From Ramazzottius varieornatus (taxonomy: Eukaryota > Animalia > Tardigrada), in contig BDGG01000013.1 of the NCBI GenBank assembly GCA_001949185.1, forward strand, positions 1,442,617-1,506,616: a stretch of 64,000 nucleotides of DNA. Direction: 5' to 3'. The translations under genes were made by a program, and so were the position numbers. The notes under the pieces were generated by a model that worked only from the letters and a program-made list of their open reading frames with translations, made no database searches and was not told where the DNA came from. This document shows, one piece after another, positions 51,701 through 62,085 of this stretch (position 1 is its first letter; each line of letters begins with the position of its first letter).

Positions 51701-53424
51701 CCTCCACAGGAACAGATCATGCTGGGCTTCGCCAACTTCTACCACACAGTTCGACCTCAAAGACTACCGGGCTTCACAGCGTCCTGGCTCGAGCTGGTCT
51801 ACCACCGAGACATGATTCGCAGAATCAACGAGATCCCCGAGAAGAAAGGCTGGGAAATGTTTGTGCAGCTCATCGTCGACAACATTCGTTTCGTCGCTCC
51901 CTTCGTCAGGAACCTCAACTTGAACAGAGCACTCTCCATCGTCTTCAGGGTAGGTCCTTGCCGTTCAAGGATCTGCTTGGACTTCTTCTATCCGTCTTTG
52001 TTCTCAATAGGCGCTTCTACGTTTCCTGTACACGCTTCTTCACGACTACCCCGAAGTCCTCGCAGAGTATTACTGTGTGTTGGTCGACGTCATCCCGACC
52101 AACTGCCTCAACATGCGCAACGTAGTACTCAGTGCTTCGCCCATGCCCATTGCCAACGACGACCCGTACTCGGCGTCTTTCAAGATCGAAGCGCAGAAGG
52201 GCATCGAGTTCACACCACCCAGCACCATCACACGCTACCACCTCTTTCTCCAACCTGTTAGCTTTAGAAACGACCTCGACTCGTACCTCAACAGCCGGTC
52301 ACCGGTCACTTTCTTGGCCGACTTGAGCTCAAGGTATAAAGCTTCTCCATAAACCTTCTATTTTTCACGTGCACGGCACGGCCCTGACGTGAAGTCCCTT
52401 GGCAAGGTCGTGCCGCGAAGAGATTGTATCCGGCACGGCCTTGTTAGGGCATGAATTGGTCAAGGCCGTGCCGTCGGTATATCTCACTTCGAATTTTCAC
52501 GCCGAATTTGGCACTGGGGTTTTACAGGTTGGAATTGCCAGGGCCCAAGATTCCTGGACACAAGTACCATGTCCAGATGCTGAACGCTCTAGTCCTGTAC
52601 TTAGGCACCAGTGCAGTACAGACGCTAAACAACAAGTCGATACCCATCAACTCGACCAACGTGGCGCATTCTTCGCATATGGACATCATCCAGAACCTCG
52701 CCATCAACTTTGACAACGAAGGTAGGTTCTCGAATAGAAATCTTTTTGGGAGATACAATTTCACGTTGATTTCTTCGTTGTAGGTCGATACCTATTGGTG
52801 AACGCGCTGGTCAACCATCTGCGTTATCCCAACGCCCACACGCACTATTACTACTGTGTCATTCTCCACCTCTTCCGGGATTTATCCAACCACCAGCATC
52901 TCCAAGAACTGATCGCCCGCGTCCTTCTGGAACGCATCACTTCGCATCGACCTCACCCGTGGGGACTGGTGGCGACCTGTACCCAAGTCATGCGGGGCCA
53001 AGAGTTTGGCTTCTTCGAGAAAGATTTCGTCAACTTCAACGACGACTTGTTCAAGTAAGTAAACACGTACAGCACTGATTCGAATAAGTCTCGATATGGG
53101 AACTCGGCGAATGAATTCATAGACTCGAACCAGATCGTTTTCTAAGTGGCGCGCGCTTGTAGCCATTAACAATGCGAATGTGCGCCACTTGAGACAAAGA
53201 TCTGGGTAAACGTGTTCCCCGCCACCCCAATTACTAAAGTTTTTGCTGTGCGCAGGTTACCCATCTTCCGAGTAGTGGAAGGACTTCCCACCCACAAGAT
53301 GCGACCATACTATCAAGAGAGCAGTGGCGGGTTAGGATCCGATGGAACCAACAGCGCAGACTCTGCACGCTCCGTGGACGGTAAAGATGAGAAAGGCATG
53401 AATGTCGAGTCGGAATATGAATGA
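39791..53424 (+). CDS. CNOT1: CCR4-NOT transcription complex subunit 1, many exons
   Basis: N-terminus MNHVDLYVTPALFYIESLVKALSKKSHKAVTQEI. Internal motifs: [133 protein letters not shown] and RPHPWGL. Confidence 0.96.
41411..53208. repeat. Cluster of about 16 copies of an ~88-bp palindromic element in CNOT1 introns
   Basis: Approximate consensus ACTCGACCAGATCGTTTTCCAAGTGGCGCAC-loop-GTGCGCCACTTGGAAAACGATCTGGTCGAGT. Copies lie near 41411, 42230-42335, 44281-44395, 44792-44915, 45669, 46312, 46700-46930, 48205, 48860, 49465-49635, 51486 and 53124. Confidence 0.9.
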
Positions 53425-54520
53425 ACGAGAGAAAACATAGTTTTGACGGTGTAAATCTTGTATTCTCTCCTTTGGTGTTGATTCGTTCTCAGGATCACCG
53501 ATGTTTAGTGTGTATTAAGGCATGAGCTGGTTACCTGCTTCGGTTGCTACTGAAAGAGGTATGATGGAAGTCTCTTTTGACGGTAAATTAACGAGTGTAA
53601 AGCCTATGTTTTCTCTTTCCGCTGCTGTTCTTGATGGCGTTTCTACTGTTTTTCATTCGTTCAAAGGCTGAACGACTGACGTGTACAGCTGCTGCTAATT
53701 TTCTGTGTAACTTCTCATTACGACTTCATATACTGTAGCTTTAGTTTATCACAATCGGTTCTTCTCATTCAAACTAAGAGTCGCTGTTGTTAGTATTGAA
53801 GAACACTGATTTCGACCCGCACAGAGCCCTTGACCACGAAAAGTCCGGCGAGCTGAATTTCTTTAATTTCTGGCTCTCCGTATAGTGCAGAGGTACAGTT
53901 GACTGTACAGTGTACTTGTAGTGGTCTTTCGGAACCAAAAGTTCCCACGAGGTTCAGATCGTTCTGGTAGGCGAGTTTGTGCTCTTCTTTATGCTAATCG
54001 GCCTGCACTCCTCATTTTCAACTCTTTCAATCCTCGCAAGAATGAGCTGGAATAAGGAGAGCAAGCAAATAAGGACTTAGCAGAAACAATTATAAGGTGA
54101 TTTCCTTTGCCTCGTCGGTTTTTCCCACGGTGGACTTCATAATACATTTTTCCAGAGTGGACAGAGATTGTCCTGCAGTTTCTTTCGCAATGTAGACCCA
54201 GCATTCTTCTTTCAAACCAATTTCACAGTGATACAGTGATCGAATCCGTCGTCATTGTGAGTTTACTTTATATAAATTTTACCTTCAGCAATAAAAACAT
54301 TTTCTTTGTCGGTGCTTTTAAAACCTCGCAAATGTTGCTAACACAAGCTCGGACCAAGGGCTCTCAAACGAGCTATCATAAGTTCCGGAGAAAGGTCTGC
54401 GTGGGATGATAATCATGTAGAAGGTCAGCACACACCTTCAAACGGAAGTCGAGCTCTTTTGAAATCAAGGAGACACCGATCTATGTCCGACTTCGTACAA
54501 TGAATGTGTGACAGCCTGTG

Positions 54521-54943
54521 TCAAAAGACGCTCCGCTGGTTTTCCCGTCTCTCGTCCAGGACTTTCCTCGATATTTCCGTTTCGATCCTGCGCACTGTGG
54601 ACATGGACAAGTTCTGACAGGAAATGGCCAGTAACAGGCGCTTCTGTAAGACTTCCACCAGACGTCGAGCCAGCAGCTGAAGAGTGACATCGTCCGCCCC
54701 GAAGAGTGTCTTGGTAGAGTAGGTAACAGGGGTTCCGATATCAACGAGGTCGTCCGGAAAGGCCTCGATCAAGGTTCCGACAAGAGGTGCTTGCGTGATG
54801 AACAGCATGTTCTGGTTTGAGAATTCCAGGCAGATAACGTCCACCTGACCGGCCTCCGTTTCAAAGTGCATCCCAAACTTCACGATGCCATGATCCTCCA
54901 GATTTACTTCAGCGGCAATAGAGCTCTCGTTATCTCGCTCCAT
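54521..54943 (-). CDS. PSMG3: Proteasome assembly chaperone 3 (PAC3)
   Basis: VDVICLEFSNQNMLFITQ...GTL...YSTKTLFGADD...LLARRL...LLLAISCQNLS fits the PAC3 family pattern. About 140 aa, single exon. Confidence 0.8.
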   Translation of the reverse strand: MERDNESSIAAEVNLEDHGIVKFGMHFETEAGQVDVICLEFSNQNMLFITQAPLVGTLIEAFPDDLVDIGTPVTYSTKTLFGADDVTLQLLARRLVEVLQKRLLLAISCQNLSMSTVRRIETEISRKVLDERRENQRSVF

Positions 54944-55350
54944 GCTCTTCCGGTGATCCACTTGCAGTCTGCAGACTAAAAACTCTAGAATCGGGGGGAT
55001 TCTTTACGCGGACCCGGACCAATTTTGATCCACTCGATTCAGTTCGTTAGCATTTTGAAGTACATAATCCTTTGAGTAGATTTTCGATTTACCCTGGCAG
55101 CCCTAGGAAAAATGAACTTTCATTCTGGCTGATTCAGTTTTCGGCAGGTAAACATTCCGTGCTACTCAGCATGGCTCGCCATATCATGGTAACGACCCGA
55201 AATGGTTCGGATTGATGAGATTCAATCGGGGTACCGGAATGTTTACCTGTCGAACACTGGGCTGATTTATGCTGATGTTGGACTCGACTTTTTCGCAAAT
55301 CTTCTTCCCTATTTCGCTGGCGACGAATTCCTGCTCATCCAAGCTCGAAC

Positions 55351-56368
55351 ATGAAGGTTAAGAGGTACAAGAAAGCGCAGAAGGTGCTGACATTTTACCA
55401 GAACAATTTTCATTTTGTCGAGCCGTACCAAGTCGTGGTGGATGGAACATTTGCTCTGCTCGCGCTGAAGATGAAGATCAACATCAAGGAACAAATTCCG
55501 AAATACCTCGGCGCGGAATGTAACGTCTTTACTACCAGTTGCTGTATTCATGAAACGGAAAACCTTGGTGAGTGTACGGGAAGCCAGGTCGGCTGAAAAG
55601 TGAAAAACGGTTGGAGAATCTCTTATGCTTGCCCCGCAGGTCCTGGACTCCACGGCGCTCTCCTCGTTCTCAAACAGTTTATTCCCGTCAAATGCGGACA
55701 TGCAGAGAAGCCTCTCCCTGCTAGCGCTTGCCTCCATCAGATTTGTAAAGCGGGGAATCCAGAAAAGTATTTCATAGCTTGTCAGGTAAGGTTTCCAGTT
55801 ATTTGACCAAACTGACGCATGATGTCCGAGTTCAGCGGAGTGTGATCGTTCGGTTGATCAAAACGTGACGTCATGGGCTATTACGAAATCTCTCCAGTTG
55901 ATTTGGTGTCTAGCATTTCGTTGATTGGTGCTGTCGATTCAGGACCAGGAACTCCAAGACAAACTACGAAAACGTCCCGGTGTTCCCATACTGTACCTTC
56001 ACCACCAGTCTCTCACACTGGAAAAGCCCTCCGAGAAGTCAGAAGAAGCAGCGAAAGTTCTTCAAGAAGACAAAGTTACTCCGACGGGCTATCAGAAAGA
56101 AGTACTTGAAGGTCGAAAGAAAGAGCTTGGCATCGACTCTACCGAGCAACTTGTCAAGAAGCGCAAAAGACGAGGCCCTAAACAACCTAACCCGCTCTCT
56201 GTTAAGAAGTCTAAAAAGAAACCTGGTGCAGACTCATCTTCGAAAAGCGCTGACGGCAAAGACGGCGATAAGAACAAGAGCAGGAAACGGCATAAGCGAC
56301 TAAAAATGTCGGATGCTTTGAAAGGCCTCCATCGGAAACTGTTAACGCAAAGTCAAACAGACGAATGA
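55351..56368 (+). CDS. UTP23: rRNA-processing protein UTP23 (PIN/Fcf1 family), 3 exons
   Basis: MKVKRYKKAQKVLTFYQNNFHFVEPYQVVVDGTF...TTSCCIHE...KCGH...ASACL...YFIACQ/DQELQDKLRKRPGVPILY...KRKRRGPKQPNPLSVKKSKK. Confidence 0.95.
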
Positions 56369-56514
56369 ATTCTGTTGCGGTTTTACCTCATTCGTTATCA
56401 CTTATCAGAAATCGTGTGGAACAGCTAAATCTTATTTCGCAGCGAAAATCAACAACTGTCAAATCAGTGAAATTTAGAAAAACGAATTTCTTGAACACGG
56501 AAAAACATCAAAAG

Positions 56515-57765
56515 TCAAGTTTCCAACAACTCGCTAGGCCTTTTCTTTCTGTTTTTCTTCCTTGAACCGGGCATTTCGGGCTCAGTTTCTGTGTCTTGAG
56601 CCGCTTCCTGCATTTCTACATCTTCGGGTTGCGCAGTAGGTGTTTCTTCTTCCTCTTCATGGCGTCGTTTCTTTTTCTTTTTCTTTTTGACGGATCCTTC
56701 CGACGTTTCTGTAACAAGAGAGATGTCCATACCTGAGATTTCGGGAAGGTCCACCACGTATTCGGGCGTTAGGGTCAATTCTCGCTTTCTCTTCTTAGAT
56801 TTCCTCGAGGGCTCAGGCGTTATAAAGTCAACTGTTGAGAACGTGTCTTCCGTCACGTCGGTCGTTGTAGAGATCCCACTGTCAGTTGGTGTGGACGATG
56901 TTTCATCTTCCCCGCTTCGCTTCTTCTTTTTCTTCTTCTTGTGACTTGAGATTTCTGACTCGAGTAGGTCGTCTGTCAGGAAAGTTGAGGGCGGTGGAGG
57001 AGGTACGAGGGATGAGGTGGTTCCGCGATGGCTGAGTATCAACTCGTCTGTCAGGCACCCACGCACCGAGGGAATGCCTCGGTGGATGTCCATCGCGACC
57101 ACTTCGAATGTCACTTCTTCCCCTTGACAGTACAGGCCGTCGAAGGAAATGTTCGAGCTGGAACTTGAGCGGAGGGTAGTTGCGAAGCTTTGATGGACGA
57201 GGCAGCCAACGTGATGCTGGTTTACACGAGTGACCATTCCTGAGAAAAATGCGTCCACTTTCAACCTCGATTGATTTACCAGCCACCTACGTCGGTAACG
57301 TTGCATACAGCAATGGGTGGCAGACGACGCAAAGAAATCGAGAGAAACTTGTAGCTTGAGTTTTAGCTTTCTCTGTACAAAGAAATTTGAATTTTAAGCC
57401 TTAATTTTTTCGGTACCTTTGAGCCTTTTGCCAGGTTTCGGACGGAAGACCACGAACGTTCCAAAGACCCTTACTTCCTGCATTTCACTCATGTATTCAC
57501 TCAGGTCGAGGCTGGGCGAATGAAGGCGAAGACGCTGATAAGCAATGAGGACACCGTCGAGAGACTCAACGCAGTGGTTCAACTGCATGTTCAAGGCTTC
57601 TTTGATGCCATCACCGAGTTGGTTTATCCTCGCCATTGGAATCAGCAAATCGACGTGGCTGTCAACGGTCTCCAGGCACGTGTCTGGTTGAGCAGCAAGA
57701 GTTGAGGCTTCTTTGTAGGAGAAACGATGTCCGCCGACGTAGAATCCCGACGAAGACGAAGCCAT
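56515..57765 (-). CDS. POLR1F: RNA polymerase I subunit RPA43 (TWISTNB), 2 exons
   Basis: LGDGIKEALNMQL...SLDGVLIAYQRL...FVVFRPKPGKRLKG / MVTRVNQHHVGCLVHQSF...GEEVTFEV...PSVRGCL, followed by the Lys-rich tail typical of metazoan RPA43. Confidence 0.88.
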
Positions 57766-57905
57766 GGTTTGTTCTTTCACGAACGACCACCACCCGCCTA
57801 CAACAACAATAAATTATGCTCGAGGCATCACACAGACTTACGATGTTAACCAAGAGCACAGACGCGAAGAGTGGAAGAGAACTTTCTTGCCGTGAGGGTT
57901 CAGCT

Positions 57906-57947
57906 TCAGGAGTCAGGAATGAGGAATCAGGATGCAGGAGTCAGGAC
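57906..57947. repeat. Six tandem copies of a 7-bp unit (TCAGGAN) in the RPA43/DHX30 divergent promoter region
   Basis: TCAGGAG TCAGGAA TGAGGAA TCAGGAT GCAGGAG TCAGGAC. Confidence 0.8.
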
Positions 57948-58214
57948 TGACAGGAAGATTCCGCTTTTCGAAAACTTGCCATATCAAGAGCGATGTTAAT
58001 CAACTGGCACAGCCCAATCAGCTGTTTTTGCCACGGCCCTCTTGGGAGCTCGGTTAGGTTCGTGCCGGATTCGTGTTGTCACTTATCACAGTTATGCGAA
58101 CAAATCAATCAAGCTTTTGATAATCAAACACTTGATTGCAAGATCCTTGGAATTGCGTCAGATCAAAATTTTGTTTCCCACTTTTCCATCTAATCTTCTT
58201 CATGGAAAGCGAAC

Positions 58215-58752
58215 ATGTCTTTGTCTCGTTGCAGGTGCTCCTGCCTGAAGAAATGGACGGCACTCGTTTCAACCGTCACCACTATCCGTCCAGGAGTACT
58301 GCTATACGCGACGCACAGCGCACGATTCCACCGGTCGCTGACAGCCGAAGCCTATAATGCCCGACCACCTCGCACTGACCGCAGCCCACCTTTCGACACT
58401 TCCGGTCGAGTGTCCGAACAGAATGCTCGTCTCCTCCAAACCTACCCTTATGCCAAAGATACCCTGTTGTATCTAGCCGCCTTGCTCCAACAAGAAAGAA
58501 ATGAGAATGTTTTGAAACTCAAGATTGATCCGAGGAAAACGACCATCAAGGGAGCTGATCAATGGGAGACCGTCGTGTCCATCCAGTGGCCAGCCGATCT
58601 GGTCTTCTATGGAAAATCCTCCTCCAAGAACGAAGCCATGCGGATAGCCTGTGCTCATGCTTGCGCGACGCTCAAGTCCATGGGGCACCTGGACAAAAAT
58701 AACAAGCCGGTTTTGTACACCGGGGAGAATTTACAGGCCATCCGGCGAAGAA
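58215..58752 (+). CDS. DHX30: First coding exon of a DHX30-like RNA helicase (presequence-like N-terminus plus dsRBD-like domain); remainder not seen in the window
   Basis: LLQTYPYAKDTL...VSIQWPADLVFYGKSSSKNEAMRIACAHACATLKSMGHL resembles the DHX30 N-terminal dsRBD-like region. The exon ends at a gaag|gtaag donor. Confidence 0.7.
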
Positions 58753-59397
58753 GGTAAGAACCTACACTTTCCGTACTCAAGTCTCGCATGGCGTCACGGA
58801 CAAATGCACTGCTTCGATTGTACGGTCGAGTGCGCCAAACGTTACAATGATGACATGAGCAAGTCGTGAGATTTAAATTTCTGTGTGCAGTCCAGTCGCT
58901 CGAAGTCCGTACGTACCAAATTTTCGGATCTCAGTTCAGAGCCCGCCATACATTCACCATGCTGCATGCCATGCTAAATCAAAATTACAAAACACAACTA
59001 GCAAGTGGTCCTGACCACTGGGAAGGCCGAGCAGAAGCAAAGAAGCACAAGTTTTGCGAGTAGAAACTTTTGCCACTCGGACCAAGTTGCGCACTTGTTT
59101 TCAGTACAGAGGTTGCGATATCTGAAAGCTCGAACAATCTGATCGTCCATTGAAATCTCGACAGACTTAAAAGGATCTCGCTTCGCTCGGCCTGAAAATA
59201 GTTTACGAAGCGGAGCCGAACCGGAACGGGCGGAAGTTTTGGTCCGCTTCCGTTTTCGAAGAGGCTGATTTGTCCCTGCTTATTTCCGTTCGGCTTTCGG
59301 CCTACAAGTGCTCCGTCTGTTCCGCTTGAGAACTGCTGACGTTGTACTTTGGATAAAATACAACTTTATTAACCTTAAAAGCAAAATGACTAGCTTA

Positions 59398-61670
59398 CGA
59401 GGGGATTATGCCTGTCCCCACCTCTTTTTGGTCAAACTGTCCTGGCGGAACGAGAGAGGAGAGTCTCTTCTAGGATCTGAGCCAGTGAGCTCAATCCCGC
59501 GTCGATCCTGGAACAAACTACAGGGACTCGGAAGTGACGTCAGAAATGTATGCCAGTAACGTAGAAACGTGATGTCTTGTAGGTCCACGTTAGACCTAAC
59601 AAACAAACCCTGAAACCCATCAGTAAACAAACTTGTTACGGCAAATAGATAGTACAGAAATGATGAGCGTCATAAAAGTGATGGAAGCAAAGACGGGCCT
59701 TGCACCACCCGCAAACCAGAAGAACAATGTCTCTGCAGTTCTCGTGAAGACAACTGCCTTTCAGCTTATCAAACATGAACTTGGCTGGATTAACATACAT
59801 GAAACGTTCGTCGGTATATCCCGACTTATGCCAAGCTTCAGCTATCAAATTTTCGAACCTGGGCGACTGAAACTGTTGATACAGCAAAGAGTGCAGTCTC
59901 AAAATCACATCGCGATGATGCACTTGGACGGGTAAATCGTGCAGAAAGACAAAGTCGGATATCTTCTTGAAGCAGCCTTTGTACATCCTGAAGCAAAACA
60001 CATCCAGCGGTTGAATTTGACCGGTAACTTTCGGAGGCATGGTCAGCATTTCGTACTCCAGCTCTTCCGGTTTCAGTTCAATCACAGAATCTTGATCGGT
60101 GAAGGTCTTCCACGAGTCGGCCAAGAAAATGCACCGCTCTTCCATATGAGGGAAAAGAATTTTTTCTGACCACTCTAAGTAGAGCTTCTTGGTCATCTTC
60201 CCGGATGTCAAAGCAGTGACATACAGATTATCAGCCTTGAATATCGTTCTCGACACGATTGGACCAAACACTCCTTTCTCTTCCTTCAGCGTTAGGAAAA
60301 GAACAGGAAGAGACTTACGCCTGCCCGGGGAGACCGCCGTCATCACAGTGTAGCTATGTGTCATGGAATTCTCCGACTGGGTGATCGCTTCCACGTGTTT
60401 TACTCCAGCAGTTTCCAAAGTTCTTCCTGGTCTCATCTCATATTCAAAGCCTGACTGATCCGCATTCCACAGACAGTCTAACCCGTACTCTGCGATCCTT
60501 AATCTGACAAGCGCAACGCAGGCTTCAGCACTTTCCTTGACGTGAGGCTCTTCTTGTATGGATTTCTTGGTGACGAACTTGGTTATTTTCCAGTCAACGA
60601 TCCCATAATATCTAGAAAGTATTAGTTTTGTTGTTGAAGGAAATCGAAACACAAAAAAATGTTGGTACCGTTGGAGTTTTCCTATCTAGTCTGGGGAAGC
60701 AGTGAAACCGGCCAAGTTCACCGTTTCGTTCGCAGTGAGAGCCCATCGACGTAAGTCCAAATCCTTGACCATTTGCTTTTCCCTTTTAGCGAGGAAGAAC
60801 TGCTTACCGACATCCAAACGTACAGCCTTCAACTTGTCCAGCCTGGAACCGCCTTCCACTACCTGCTTTTCCCAGTCGTACAGCTGCCGTATGCTGGTTA
60901 CTTTATCAAAACTTCTCTGAACAGTGGCCAAGGTGAGACGCTTCTTCTTCACGGCGTTTCTCCAGTATGTAACCGCACGTTTCTTGTACTCCAAGTTGAC
61001 TAACTGATCCACTGGAAGCTTGGGGTTAGGAAGTCGTGGGACGTATAGCTCATGGAAAGAAGGTTCAGTTCCGCTGGAAACAGGCTCAAGCAGTCTATCA
61101 GGTTCCGTAACGTCGAAGTCAGCTTCACTCCGGCCATTCAACAGGTTGCACTGGACAACAGATGCTTCGTAATCTTCAAATGACTCGACGCGGATCTGCA
61201 GATCATACTGGAGGTCTTCTTCAACGGCATACACAGGAGTAACACAGGAGTTGTTTTTGAGCTCCACAGCAAGATTACCTCTAACTATCTCCTTGAACTG
61301 CCCGTCAGCAGCGCTTGGAAAGTCGTCGATACGGTAGTGCAGTTTGTAGTCCCATTCCAGCAGCTTGATAACATTCAGCAAGTTGATGGATTGCATTTCA
61401 GAGAAGGTTGAAAAACAACAGAAAACTTGATGAGCAGGAAGCACAGGCTCAGTCAGCAACCGAATCAACCATCGAACAATCAAGTCCTGATTGTTCATTA
61501 CTCTGCTTATGTGCCGCCCTACTTTTGACGTCACTCCCGAGTCCCTGTAGTTTGTTCCAGGATCGACGCGGGATTGAGCTCACTGGCTCAGATCCTAGAA
61601 GAGACTCTTCTCTCTCGTTCCGCCAGGACAGTTTGACCAAAAAGAGGTGGGGACAGGCATAATCCCCTCG
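59398..61670 (-). mobile_element. Full-length Tc4/Tc5-type (pogo-related, DD37D) DNA transposon
   Basis: 145-bp TIRs (59398-59542 and 61526-61670) with two mismatches seen, beginning CGAGGGGATTATGCC. The flanks C-TTA|...|TTA-G give a TTA duplication of a CTTAG (CTNAG) site. An internal transposase gene is present. Confidence 0.92.
59636..61396 (-). pseudogene. Tc5-like transposase with one in-frame TAG (60686-60688) and a probable 57-nt intron (60668-60612)
   Basis: CENP-B/Tc5-type HTH region (DLRRWAL...FTASPD*IGKLQR) and the catalytic motifs WNADQSG, FLADSW and QPLD, with 37 residues between the last two Asp. A Cys/His cluster ends the protein. The start codon is uncertain. Confidence 0.85.
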
Positions 61671-62085
61671 TTAGCCTCAAAAATCGAACCAAAGCATCAA
61701 GACACTGCGATCTGACGATAAAAATGGCCACTATTGATGTGAGCTCTGCTAGTGCAAAAGACTTTTCGCAGGGTTTTTTCCGTTCAGTTTTTACCGTCAG
61801 TTTGCTCCGCACTTTCCGCTCATACCCATACGAGAATTCTGCCGTTCACTTCCGCTTGGTTCTGAAAATTTTGGAAGCACTCCGTTTGGTTTCCAAAATT
61901 ACGCACGGTCTTATGCTCTGCCCCAGTCGTGCGGAGTTTTCAGAAAGCAAGCTCAGAGTGCCGCTGAGATTTTTTGCCTCCCGGCCCGCTCAGTTGGTCG
62001 CTCAGTTAACTTTCTAACTGACAGTTTTCCGCTCAGTTAAGTTCAGTTTGACAAAGCCGCACAATATTCATTTAACGTTCGCGAT

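Noticed and set aside
60686-60688. Programmed readthrough or recoding of the transposase TAG
   Set aside because: A single TGG-to-TAG mutation is simpler, and the neighbouring hAT shows similar nonsense decay.
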